A DNA stretch of 32,000 nt from positions 633,063-665,062 of the forward strand of contig CAZETV010000001.1 in NCBI GenBank assembly GCA_964514965.1, read 5' to 3'. Below are positions 16,940 to 26,063 of the stretch, one piece after another (within the stretch, counting starts at the first letter, position 1; each line of letters begins with the position of its first letter). The position numbers and the translations under genes were made by a program. The notes beneath the pieces are model-generated. The model was not told the origin of the DNA, did not search any database, and worked only from the letters and a program-made list of their open reading frames with translations. Source of the stretch: Candidatus Hadarchaeota archaeon. Lineage in GTDB: Archaea; Hadarchaeota; Hadarchaeia; Hadarchaeales; Hadarchaeaceae.

Positions 16940-16985
16940 TTCCCCCGTCGAGATTTTGGGTGGAGGTTGTTTATAAAAGAAAAAA

Positions 16986-17948
16986 TCACGGTAGGGTGGC
17001 CACGGAGGTACCGTAGAACACGAAAAGCCCGATGAGATAAATTGCGTAAAACGCGACCAACACCGCACCCTGCCAGCGCGTCAACTTTTGTCCCTTCCAC
17101 ATGAAGACAAGCAACAACGCCATCACGGCCAACATCATGGGGTTGCTAAACCAGAGCGCTTGGGAGTCCACTGTTAAAGGTCTTATCAGCGCTGCGCTTC
17201 CGATAATGAGTGCAGTATTGAAAATGTTCGATCCCACAATGGTGCCCACCGAAAATTCCGGTAATCGTTTGTTCATAGCAATTATTATTGTCGCCAGCTC
17301 GGGAATCGATGTCCCGATTGCAACTAATGTGAAACCTATTGCTGCCTCAGGAACACCCACATCTAAGGCAATCCCCACTCCGGAGTAAATCAACAACCTC
17401 GCTCCAATAATCACTCCAACCGTACCTAGAATGAACAGAATGATCGATTTATTCAACCTCCTCTGTTCGCTTTGGATTTTGTTCTTAGTTTTCCTCGCTT
17501 CTCTCTTCATCACAAATCTCAGAAAGAGCGCAAAAATCGCTAACAGAAGCAAGCCTTCCACCGACCCGATTACGCCGTTGAGCGCCATCGCCGCTAGCGC
17601 CCCTCCGGTGACCAGCATGATAATTCCTTCGTTGCGCCGCTCCCGATTAACTTGAACCATCCCGAATATTGCAGCAAGCGCCAAAATTGGGGTGATGTTA
17701 ACGATGTTCGAGCCGACCACGTTTCCATACGCGATACCGACATTACCGAAACTGGCTGCCATTATAGAAGTGAAGAACTCCGGTGCTGAAGTGGCGAAAG
17801 CTACCAGCGTGAGCGCAATCACGGCTTGCGATACGCCGAGCGCACGGGCAATCCTGCATGCCGAGTCGACGAAAACATCACCTGCCTTGGCGATAAGCAC
17901 GACAGCGGCCACGAATGCTAGGATGTATAGAATAAACTCCTCTACCAT
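16986..17948 (-). CDS. Calcium/sodium antiporter (CaCA family)
   Basis: ALTLVAFATSAPEFFTSIMAA..GNVVGSNIVNI and second alpha repeat GFTLVAIGTSIPELATIIIA...GTIVGSNIFN. Confidence 0.93.
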   Translation of the reverse strand: MVEEFILYILAFVAAVVLIAKAGDVFVDSACRIARALGVSQAVIALTLVAFATSAPEFFTSIMAASFGNVGIAYGNVVGSNIVNITPILALAAIFGMVQVNRERRNEGIIMLVTGGALAAMALNGVIGSVEGLLLLAIFALFLRFVMKREARKTKNKIQSEQRRLNKSIILFILGTVGVIIGARLLIYSGVGIALDVGVPEAAIGFTLVAIGTSIPELATIIIAMNKRLPEFSVGTIVGSNIFNTALIIGSAALIRPLTVDSQALWFSNPMMLAVMALLLVFMWKGQKLTRWQGAVLVAFYAIYLIGLFVFYGTSVATLP

Positions 17949-17953
17949 CTAAC

Positions 17954-19150
17954 TCAACTCTTAGAAACAAACTTGAAGAACACCGGCGTGAGCATCGTCG
18001 TTGTGAGCGTCACCACAATCATCACCGCGAAGAGTTCGGCCGACAATATGCCACTCAGTAACCCAAACTGGAGCACAGCCAGCTCGAGTGAGCCCCTAGA
18101 GCACATAGCAGTCCCTATTTCCACTAACTCCCTCCGCTTATAGCCCACCGCCGCAGCTCCAGCTCCACATCCTATAAGTTTACCCGCAAATGCTGCAACG
18201 ATGAGCGCGAAGAGTATGAATAGATTCACTTGGCCCCAGTTTGGCGCGAACGTAAGCCCTACGAAAACGAAAAACACCGGAGTCAGGATCGCTTGTAATG
18301 CGACCGTCGCGTCGTCCAAAATAGCATTCAGTCTTATTCGGCTCAGTAAAAGAGCATCGGGACGCTCGCGCAGCCTGCCTATGAAGAGACCGGCCATGTA
18401 AGCGCCTATTATCTCGTGGAGTCCGATGGAGTGGGCTATCAAAGCGAGGGCTAGAGCAAGACAAAGGGCAAAGGCGAGCGGAACTCCTTGGCGCTCGAAC
18501 CGCCAGAGTTTCTTCATTATATCCGCCTTGATTATCAACTTACGCGAGAGGTAACCGATGAGGACGAAAAACAACACTATGCCAATCGTCGCCCACATGA
18601 GCATGTCGAGATCGAAGACGCCACCCCTGATTACGGCCGTCGAGAGTATGCCCAAAACATAGACCGCTATGATATCGTCGATGAGCGCCGCCCCAACCAT
18701 GAGGTGTCTGAATCGGCTGCGCTCGGTGAACTTGGTGACTATTTCAGTGGCAGTATTGCTTAGTGCTGCCGCAACAAAGAGGCTAGGCAAAATTTGTTGG
18801 GTCCAAACGTAGGCCACCCCAAACCCCAGTGCGAATGATACAACCATTCCCGAAACCGCGATCGCTAAAGCTTTAAACCTCACTTTCATCAACATGTCGA
18901 ACCGAGAGTTCATTCCAGCGACGAGCATCAACACTATCAAACCCAACATCGCCACCCCATGGATGCCCTCAGCGGTTGCGGAGACAGGTTCACCAGCCGC
19001 GGGGATAACAATCCATCCGAGCAGTGTCGGGCCGAAAATGATACCAACCGCGACCTCGCCTATCAAGGATGAAAAGCCGAAGTGGTGCAAAAGCTCACCG
19101 AAGAGCTTTGCGAAGAGGAGGAGCACGAGAATTGCGAGTAAGAATTCCAT
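17954..19150 (-). CDS. Cation:proton antiporter (CPA2/Kef-type)
   Basis: 398 aa, about 12 TM, HHFGFSSLIGEVAVGIIFGP, GAALIDDIIAVYVLGI, EIIGAYMAGLFIGR, MCSRGSLELAVL. Confidence 0.9.
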   Translation of the reverse strand: MEFLLAILVLLLFAKLFGELLHHFGFSSLIGEVAVGIIFGPTLLGWIVIPAAGEPVSATAEGIHGVAMLGLIVLMLVAGMNSRFDMLMKVRFKALAIAVSGMVVSFALGFGVAYVWTQQILPSLFVAAALSNTATEIVTKFTERSRFRHLMVGAALIDDIIAVYVLGILSTAVIRGGVFDLDMLMWATIGIVLFFVLIGYLSRKLIIKADIMKKLWRFERQGVPLAFALCLALALALIAHSIGLHEIIGAYMAGLFIGRLRERPDALLLSRIRLNAILDDATVALQAILTPVFFVFVGLTFAPNWGQVNLFILFALIVAAFAGKLIGCGAGAAAVGYKRRELVEIGTAMCSRGSLELAVLQFGLLSGILSAELFAVMIVVTLTTTMLTPVFFKFVSKS

Positions 19151-19159
19151 ACTTTACCC

Positions 19160-19399
19160 TCACTTCTCCCAGAGAATGCGCCCGTGCGCTTCGATTCGTA
19201 GGATTCGATGATAAGGGATCTCAACTTCTCCCTCAGGTGAAGCTACGTGCATGAAGCCACGCCCAAGCTCAAGAATGTCACTACCCTCGATGACACGTTT
19301 ATCGTTTGGGGCGCCGCGATGCAAAATCGTGACTCGAGAACTTTGTAGCTCGTCTTCGCCGCCCCACTTCAACTTGTTCAACACATCACGTGACCCCAT
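19160..19399 (-). CDS. UPF0248/DUF504 family protein
   Basis: DVLNKLKWGGEDELQSSRVTILHRGAPNDKRVIEGSDILELGRGFMHV..IPYHRILRIEAHGRILWEK. Confidence 0.8.
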   Translation of the reverse strand: MGSRDVLNKLKWGGEDELQSSRVTILHRGAPNDKRVIEGSDILELGRGFMHVASPEGEVEIPYHRILRIEAHGRILWEK

Positions 19400-19448
19400 T
19401 TAAATCATTAAAATTTAACCAATTTACTATTTGAGGTATTGCCCAAAG

Positions 19449-20090
19449 CTAACCGAAGAGTTCGAGCGCTCCCAATACGTGTCTGCGTGCATCCTTTTCG
19501 GCGAACAGGCCATGCCCGGGGTAAAGCTGCTCCAGCTCAAGTTTTTCAAGCTTCCGTAGCGAATTGGCCAACGCTCTCCCATCACCTGTCGGCAGGTCCG
19601 TGCGTCCCACACCATTACAGAAAAGCGTGTCGCCGGAAAACAAAATTTTTCGCTCGGGCTCGTAAAGACTTATACTGCCTCGAGTGTGGCCGGGTGTGTG
19701 GAGAACCTCAAGTGTAAGCTCGCCCAGTTTAATCTGACTGTCCTCATTTAGCTCTCGTGTTATCTCAATGGGCTCGAGCCTTCTGCCGAGACCACCCGCA
19801 AGTGTAATAATCTGATCACCTTTTCGAAGCAGCTCCGCCTCGGACTCATGGATCGCCACCTCGCAACTTCCAGCCTGTACAAAATCTCGGTTACCCCCCG
19901 CATGGTCATAATGACAGTGAGTGTTGATTATTAGTTTGATGTCGCTTGGCTTTATGCTAAATTCGTTCAGATTTCGCTTAACTATTTCAAAGTTAATTCC
20001 TGTTCCAGCGTCGATGAGCGCGATGATATCGTCGATAATCAAGTAGATGTTTGAATCGAAGCCCAAGCCGCCTATTTGATGGATTTGCAT
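19449..20090 (-). CDS. MBL-fold metallohydrolase (glyoxalase II-like)
   Basis: INTHCHYDHAGG, HTPGHTRGSISLY, LFSGDTLF, LYPGHG motifs. Confidence 0.88.
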   Translation of the reverse strand: MQIHQIGGLGFDSNIYLIIDDIIALIDAGTGINFEIVKRNLNEFSIKPSDIKLIINTHCHYDHAGGNRDFVQAGSCEVAIHESEAELLRKGDQIITLAGGLGRRLEPIEITRELNEDSQIKLGELTLEVLHTPGHTRGSISLYEPERKILFSGDTLFCNGVGRTDLPTGDGRALANSLRKLEKLELEQLYPGHGLFAEKDARRHVLGALELFG

Positions 20091-20124
20091 AAACGAGCCT
20101 TGAATTGTCCTTTAATAAACTTTT

Positions 20125-20739
20125 TTAGGAGTGTACAAACCCGAATACTTTTTTCACAGCTTCTAGTAATTCTATAAAACTACTGATTTCAAAATCGGCT
20201 GCAAAATTATCGTTTGATTCTTCCCGAACGAACCTGACCGTCCTGATGCCCATTTCAGATGCCGGACGAATATTTTTGGGCCTGTCATCGATAAAGACAC
20301 AGTCCGAAGGAGCCGACTGAATCCTATCTAATAAAATTTTGTAAATTCTTTTGTCAGGTTTGCGACACTTTACTTCACCACTTATAATCTTAATTTTGAA
20401 TAACTCATCTAAACCAAATTTGGCGCGTAAGTAATTCGACCATTCTTCTACGTCATTGGATAATATCGCTAAAGAATAATCTTTTGTTAACTCCTTTGCA
20501 ACCCCCATAAATTCGGGGTCTATCCTCAAGTATTTGCCGAGATAGTTTTTCTCGATTTCTGGGTACTCACTATCAAAACCCAACTCATTCCAAAAATCAA
20601 ATGATGAAATCTTGCCAAGACTTGCCTTCAGGTACATTTCGTTGATTTTTTCCGCTAAAATTGATTTGTTTCTCTTTTGGATGTACGGCACAAGCAAATC
20701 ATTTACATCGTCACTAACTTCAAAAATAACACCCATCAC
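20125..20739 (-). CDS. HAD superfamily hydrolase; annotated 5' end lacks the nucleophile, full-length frame extends upstream to at least about 20754
   Basis: Extended frame reads ...EKWVILDVMGVIFEVSDDVNDLLVPYI; ILSND, KCRKPDKRIY, CVFIDDRPKNI are HAD motifs II-IV. Confidence 0.8.
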   Translation of the reverse strand: MMGVIFEVSDDVNDLLVPYIQKRNKSILAEKINEMYLKASLGKISSFDFWNELGFDSEYPEIEKNYLGKYLRIDPEFMGVAKELTKDYSLAILSNDVEEWSNYLRAKFGLDELFKIKIISGEVKCRKPDKRIYKILLDRIQSAPSDCVFIDDRPKNIRPASEMGIRTVRFVREESNDNFAADFEISSFIELLEAVKKVFGFVHS

Positions 20740-20849
20740 ATCCAGAATAACCCATTTTTCTGGTATTCGATTCCCTAAACATAGATAAATTTTGTCGAAT
20801 AAACTTTTAACTCTCCCACATTAAGTATCAGGGGCGCGTTATACTCTCT

Positions 20850-20999
20850 TTAATCAACATGTTTCACTTTCAAAGTATACGGACACTTGGCACAACGGTA
20901 AACTACCCACGTAGCATCATCGGTGATTTCGTCTCCCCCAGTCCAACGTTCTAAAGTCCCCGTTTCACATTTTGGGCATTTAATTCCGCTTATCTTCAT
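20850..20999 (-). CDS. Small zinc-ribbon protein (49 aa)
   Basis: MKISGIKCPKCETGTLERWTGGDEITDDATWVVYRCAKCPYTLKVKHVD*; CxxC...CxxC; below ORF-track cutoff. Confidence 0.6.
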   Translation of the reverse strand: MKISGIKCPKCETGTLERWTGGDEITDDATWVVYRCAKCPYTLKVKHVD

Positions 21000-21252
21000 T
21001 CTTCTCACCAGCTACATGATTACTGACATTTTAAACCGCCATATAACTTGCCTGTGGTACACATTTTTTAATTTCATTCGTTAGTAAGCACATCGGGATG
21101 AAAACGGGAGAGTACTAAATATCGATTATTTTTGGCGACCCCTCTAAAGTCGCTTAAAAATGGTTCTTACCGATCAGGAGACCGAATTAATCATAGAGAA
21201 ATTGCGTCTTGAGAATACGCTCTTGTTACGGGAAAAATGATACTAACATTCG

Positions 21253-22359
21253 CTATGGTTCTAGATTTTGTAACCCAACTTCTTGAGCGACCTTGAGAGC
21301 TTTTTCAAACTCAGTTGTGGTTAATCTGCGGGAAATCTCGGGATATTTATGAGCCATGCCATGCGGGGAATACTGATTCATTAGATTAACTCTAACCATA
21401 CTTCCGAGATTATCTGCTATCCACTTTAACACCGGACGCGTGCAACATTCAAGACCTCCAGGCAAAACAAGGTGACGAATTATTAGTTCGGCATCGGTAA
21501 ATGCAATCCGATGGTTACGCGTGACGATTCTAAAGTAATCCGGTACTTTTGAGTAATTGTGTGCACATACATTATCACCATATTTTAGGTCTGTTAAATA
21601 AACATCTTGAGTATTAGATAGCAATTTCATGGTTTCTATGCTACAATACATGTTGCTATTAAAAACCGACGGAATGTTAACTCTACATTCATTCAATGCT
21701 TCCAAAATCGTGCACAAATTAGGTGTCGGTTCTCCACCGACGAAGTTCACATTCCGAGCACCATCTTTCTGAGCATCCTCGATCAGCTCAGCCAACGTTT
21801 GCAGTGAAACCTCTACACCGGAATCTGGAAATTGACTAATGTCCCAATTCTGACAAAATTGACACTTGAATGTACAACCACTAAAGAAAAGCGTATAACT
21901 CGGCACAAGTTCTGGTTCCTCCCCATAGTGCATGAACTCTGAAGCTACCCGCGACCGCTCACCTACTCCACAGACCCCCACTTCACTCGCCGTTCGATCG
22001 ACATTACACCTGTGTTCACAGAAGTGACACGAGTGCAGAATCCGTTTGGCAAGTTCCACTTTCAAATCGAGCAACGAAGGATCAGGTTGCTTTAAATTTT
22101 CGAGTTTCGTTTTGCCCTTATCAATATCCGTGAGCAACTTTCGAAACTCCTTCAATCCTCGCTCGTGGGCGCGCCATAGCTCCCCATCACTTACCGAAAG
22201 GCCTACCTTCGCTGGCACGCGCTTGCACACTAAAAAGCGTGCCGGGAGTTTGCCTTCCATGACCGCAAAGTAACGTGAAAGCGACTTCCGCGCCTTCCGG
22301 TCGCGAAGAACCGCTACCGCGTCAGGCCTGAAGACCCGCCACACAGGGATACCAATCAC
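21253..22359 (-). CDS. Radical SAM protein (pyruvate formate-lyase activating enzyme-like, PflX/AmmeMemoRadiSam-related)
   Basis: FFSGCTFKCQFCQNWDISQ, NFVGGEPTPNL, VFNSNMY, YLTDLKYGD; upstream Cys-rich CHFCEHRCNVDR...GVCGVG. Confidence 0.88.
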   Translation of the reverse strand: MIGIPVWRVFRPDAVAVLRDRKARKSLSRYFAVMEGKLPARFLVCKRVPAKVGLSVSDGELWRAHERGLKEFRKLLTDIDKGKTKLENLKQPDPSLLDLKVELAKRILHSCHFCEHRCNVDRTASEVGVCGVGERSRVASEFMHYGEEPELVPSYTLFFSGCTFKCQFCQNWDISQFPDSGVEVSLQTLAELIEDAQKDGARNVNFVGGEPTPNLCTILEALNECRVNIPSVFNSNMYCSIETMKLLSNTQDVYLTDLKYGDNVCAHNYSKVPDYFRIVTRNHRIAFTDAELIIRHLVLPGGLECCTRPVLKWIADNLGSMVRVNLMNQYSPHGMAHKYPEISRRLTTTEFEKALKVAQEVGLQNLEP

Positions 22360-22360
22360 A

Positions 22361-22371
22361 TATTTTAAATC
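22361..22371 (+). promoter_or_regulatory. Putative TATA box upstream of PRPP synthetase-like gene
   Basis: tattttaaatc about 35 nt before ATG 22402, in the short divergent intergenic region. Confidence 0.35.
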
Positions 22372-22401
22372 GTCACGCTAAAGAATTGCGCAAGGGATAG
22401 C

Positions 22402-23277
22402 TTGATAATCATCGCCGGGTCTGCTTCATCCAAGCTCGCGGGGAGAGTTGCAAAGCAGCTAAAATGCCCACTGTTAACCCCTGAAATAAAACACTTCCCC
22501 GATGGCGAACTATATTTGCGCCTCGACAACAAACTCGAGGGGGAACATGTAGTAATTGTTCAATCAACCCACCATCCACAGAACGACAACCTCATCGAAC
22601 TCTTTTTGCTGCTCGGGGCTGCTAAGGATTTGGGAGCCCAACGTGTTACAGCCGCCGTCCCGTATCTCACATGCGCCCGGCAGGACAAGCGATTCACGCT
22701 TAGAAAAGCTACAAGCAATCATACCATCTGTAAGCTCATCGAACAAGCTGGAGCTGACGATTTCATCACCGTAGACATGCATAATAACGGAGCCATGCAG
22801 AATTTTTCAATCCCAATCTACAATCTCACTGCGATGCCCTTGCTAGGACAATATCTTGCCAAACTCAAACTTCAAGACCCAGTTATCTTAGGGGTCGACC
22901 AAGAATCACTTGAGTGCGTTCAAAGAGTGGCTGCCGAGCTGAAGGCCGACTATGATTACTTGGGAAAGCCGAAAGTGTCCCCGAAAAAACCCACCACTGA
23001 ACCAAAACATCCAGAGACCTCAAAGCGGGATGTAGTTTTGGTGGAGGACATTATCAACACTGGCGAAGCAATCATTAAGGCAACACGAATCCTTCGACGC
23101 CAGCGCGCACGCAAAATCTACGCGGTTTGTACCCATCCAGTGCTCGCTGAGAATACCCTCCAAAAGATTTTGAAGGCAGGCGCGCACGCAGTCATTGCCA
23201 CCGATACCATCGAGCACCAAACAAGTGTGGTCTCAGTTGCCCCCATCATCACAAGGGCTATCCAGCAAGGGTTTTAA
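22402..23277 (+). CDS. prs: Ribose-phosphate pyrophosphokinase (PRPP synthetase) family protein, divergent
   Basis: HFPDGELYLRL, VVIVQSTHHPQNDNLIELFLLLGAAKDLGAQRVTAAVPYLTCARQDKRF, ITVDMH, VVLVEDIINTGEAIIKA. Confidence 0.85.
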   Translation: MIIIAGSASSKLAGRVAKQLKCPLLTPEIKHFPDGELYLRLDNKLEGEHVVIVQSTHHPQNDNLIELFLLLGAAKDLGAQRVTAAVPYLTCARQDKRFTLRKATSNHTICKLIEQAGADDFITVDMHNNGAMQNFSIPIYNLTAMPLLGQYLAKLKLQDPVILGVDQESLECVQRVAAELKADYDYLGKPKVSPKKPTTEPKHPETSKRDVVLVEDIINTGEAIIKATRILRRQRARKIYAVCTHPVLAENTLQKILKAGAHAVIATDTIEHQTSVVSVAPIITRAIQQGF

Positions 23278-23278
23278 C

Positions 23279-24310
23279 ATGCAAAGACTGATGTTCGTGC
23301 TCTCAGGCGAGCATCCAACATTGCCAACGGCTGAAGCAGTGGCCGCAATCAAGGCCGAGCACCGCGCCTACCGGGTGATTGAACAGCTAAACCAAGTGCT
23401 CGTCGCCGAAACCAAAGCTAGCCCGGAGGTGCTCGCCTCGCGTCTAGCGATGTGCCGCGAGATATGCTTGCACCTCTGCACTGCTCGCGCTCGTGAGAGG
23501 AACATCCTTGAATCTGTGGGAAGTTCCGACATTGTGGACCTTATCCCCCACGGAAAAAGCTTCGCGGTGCATCTGAAGCGTGTGAAGCGAAGTTCACCCG
23601 GAATCAACACACTGAAACTCGCTAAGAGTATCGCCAACACCATCGCGGAAGAGGTCGAGTTTAAAGTTGATTTAGCCCACCCTGACATCGAGTTCTTGGG
23701 AGTATTGACTGGAGAACAGTGCATACTTGGAATAACTGCCGCGAGGGTGGATCGACGCCAGTTCACGCGGCGCAGACCAACGCTCAGACCCGCATTTCAT
23801 CCCGGTACTCTCATGCCCACGTCCGCCCGCTGCATGGTCAACCTCGCCAGGACTCCTAGAGGTGGTGTGCTATTAGACCCATTTTGCGGTGTGGGCGGTA
23901 TCCTGCTCGAAGCGGGGCTGATCGGGGCGAAACTCGTTGGCATAGACATCGATCGTGAGATGATTGATGGCGCGCGAAAGAACTTGGAAGCGAGCGATGT
24001 TATCGACTTCCAGCTCATGGTCGGAGACGCCCGCAAGCTACCCGCGCTCGAGGTCGATGCCATCGCAACTGATCCCCCATTCGGTCGCCAGACTTCTACA
24101 GCCGGAGCCCAATTGAAGGAACTCTATGAACAAGCGTTGCCCTCAATAGCAGGGGTACTCCGGCGCAAGGGATACGCATGCGTTTCCTCTCCCGCTGAGC
24201 TTGAACTTGAAGAGCCAGCTATAAGCGCTGGACTTAGAACGATTGAAATACATGAACAGCGGGTACATCGGAGTTTGACTAGGAAAATTTACATATTCAG
24301 GAGGAAGTAG
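23279..24310 (+). CDS. tRNA (guanine-N2)-dimethyltransferase, Trm-G10/Trm11 family (THUMP + methyltransferase)
   Basis: LDPFCGVGGILLEAGLIGAKLVGIDIDREMIDGARKNLE, DAIATDPPFGR; start ATG 23279 gives MQRLMFVLSGEHPTLPTAEAVAAI. Confidence 0.88.
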   Translation: MQRLMFVLSGEHPTLPTAEAVAAIKAEHRAYRVIEQLNQVLVAETKASPEVLASRLAMCREICLHLCTARARERNILESVGSSDIVDLIPHGKSFAVHLKRVKRSSPGINTLKLAKSIANTIAEEVEFKVDLAHPDIEFLGVLTGEQCILGITAARVDRRQFTRRRPTLRPAFHPGTLMPTSARCMVNLARTPRGGVLLDPFCGVGGILLEAGLIGAKLVGIDIDREMIDGARKNLEASDVIDFQLMVGDARKLPALEVDAIATDPPFGRQTSTAGAQLKELYEQALPSIAGVLRRKGYACVSSPAELELEEPAISAGLRTIEIHEQRVHRSLTRKIYIFRRK

Positions 24311-24311
24311 G

Positions 24312-25223
24312 GTGAAACTCATCTTCCTAGGGAGTAGCGGAAGCATCCCAACCTCCCAGCGAGGATTGCCCGCGGTAGCCCTGCGGCACGAACGCGAACT
24401 CTTGCTCTTCGACTGCGCGGAGGGGACGCAACGCCAGATGGTTAGAGCAAAGCTCAGCCCCCTAAAGATTGACGCAATCTTCATAACCCATTTGCATGGA
24501 GATCACTTCCTTGGACTCGCCGGGCTCGTTCAGACGATGTCTTTGATGGGCCGGGACCGAAAGCTTGAAGTTTATTGCCCCTACGGTGAAGGCGAACGCA
24601 TCGAGAAATACCTCAAAATTCCACACTACACTCTCACCTTCGAAGTAACAGTGCAAGAGCTAGAGCCTGAGGAGGAAATCAAGCGCCGGGGATACCGCAT
24701 CCTAACTTCAGATGCTGAACATTCGGTGCCCTCGCTCGCCTACGCTTTCTTTGAAAACCAGCGCGCGGGCAAGTTTTATCCTGAAAAAGCAGTCGCGTTG
24801 GGTGTAAAGCCGGGACCAAATTTTTCCCGACTTAAATCCGGCGAAATCGTCAAGTTACGCGACGGGAGCGTTGTCAAGCCAGAGCAGGTGCTGGGTCCCC
24901 CCAGAGCCGCACGAAAGATTGTCTATACCGGCGACACCCGCCCATGTGATAGTATCGTCAAACTCGCGCGCGATGCTGATGTGTTAATTCACGACTGCAC
25001 GTTCGCCGACGAACTTGCGGACAAAGCGGCGGAAAACGCACACTCGACTCCAAGCGAGGCTGCGGAGGTTGCTAAACGAGCAAACGTGAAACAACTCGTG
25101 CTCCTGCATGTGAGTCCGCGCTACAAAGAGGATTCAATCCTTCTTAAACAGGCCAAACAAATTTTTCCTAACACCATCCTAGCAAGCGACCTGATGGAAC
25201 TCGATGTGAAATTTCAAGAATAG
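24312..25223 (+). CDS. rnz: Ribonuclease Z
   Basis: MKLIFLGSSGSIPTSQRGLPAVAL, DCAEGTQRQM, FITHLHGDHFLGL, YTGDTRP, DADVLIHDCTF, HSTPSEAAEVAKRA. Confidence 0.94.
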   Translation: MKLIFLGSSGSIPTSQRGLPAVALRHERELLLFDCAEGTQRQMVRAKLSPLKIDAIFITHLHGDHFLGLAGLVQTMSLMGRDRKLEVYCPYGEGERIEKYLKIPHYTLTFEVTVQELEPEEEIKRRGYRILTSDAEHSVPSLAYAFFENQRAGKFYPEKAVALGVKPGPNFSRLKSGEIVKLRDGSVVKPEQVLGPPRAARKIVYTGDTRPCDSIVKLARDADVLIHDCTFADELADKAAENAHSTPSEAAEVAKRANVKQLVLLHVSPRYKEDSILLKQAKQIFPNTILASDLMELDVKFQE

Positions 25224-25396
25224 AAGGCTCAGATGGAAGTTTAGCTCATCTGAAGTCGCATAATCTTATTTTCGTCATCGCCCAATTTTAATCGAATTCA
25301 AGGTATTTTAATTTTCGCTTGGAGCGTTCTTGAACTAGTTTACGAATCAGAACACTTGGCAATAAAGCAAAAGTGAGTAAATTTTGGCAGGTAAAA

Positions 25397-25930
25397 TTAT
25401 CTGGTTGTTAGAATTATTTTTCCTTTTCGAACTTCTTTCATTCTCTCCAGATATCTTTTGGTATCTTCGCTCGCCCATTCCGAGACATCAATTTTTGCTA
25501 TGCTCCCATCTGATTTTTTTATTACAACTTCTTTAATGCCAGCGTTGATTATCACCCGCTTGCATCTATTGCAGGGTTTAGATTCAGTTAACGAGCCGTT
25601 CGCATTTTGCCCTAAAACGTAAAGAATTCCGCCTAGGACGTTTGCTCCGTGCCTCGCCGCATTCAAGATTGCGTTCTCTTCGGCGTGAACCCCCGGGCAT
25701 TCATCATAGCTTGAGTAGTGGGGCAAATCTAGCTCATCTTTAATACAACCAACTTCGGAGCAGTTGATCACTCCTCTTGCTGGGCCGTTATACCCAGAAC
25801 TTACCACAACATCCTCGCGAACTACGATTGCACCAAACTTTCTTCTCAGACATGGAGACCTAAGACATACGGCTTTCGCAATCTCCAAATAATATTCAGC
25901 TTTTGTTGGTCTCAGAACATCACCCACCAT
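25397..25930 (-). CDS. Deoxycytidylate deaminase-like (dCMP deaminase family)
   Basis: CLRRKFGAIVVREDVVVSSGYNGPARG, CPGVHAEENAILNAARHG, KPCNRCKRVIINAGIKEVV zinc motifs. Confidence 0.85.
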   Translation of the reverse strand: MVGDVLRPTKAEYYLEIAKAVCLRSPCLRRKFGAIVVREDVVVSSGYNGPARGVINCSEVGCIKDELDLPHYSSYDECPGVHAEENAILNAARHGANVLGGILYVLGQNANGSLTESKPCNRCKRVIINAGIKEVVIKKSDGSIAKIDVSEWASEDTKRYLERMKEVRKGKIILTTR

Positions 25931-26063
25931 CCATTATCTACTAGATTTCAAAAACCTTTTTACGACTGGAATATAGGCTTTTCCTGTTTGAAAGTACATC
26001 TGTAACATTCTTTAATCCTTATTTCATGCCCCCTAACAAACTATGGATAGAAGGTTGGCGAAA

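Noticed and set aside
17101-17952. Several plus-strand ORFs opposite the CaCA antiporter
   Set aside because: Antisense of a clear two-alpha-repeat antiporter; no family features.
21158-21238. 26-aa ORF MVLTDQETELIIEKLRLENTLLLREK
   Set aside because: Too short and without recognisable family; recorded only as a small-protein possibility, not as a feature.
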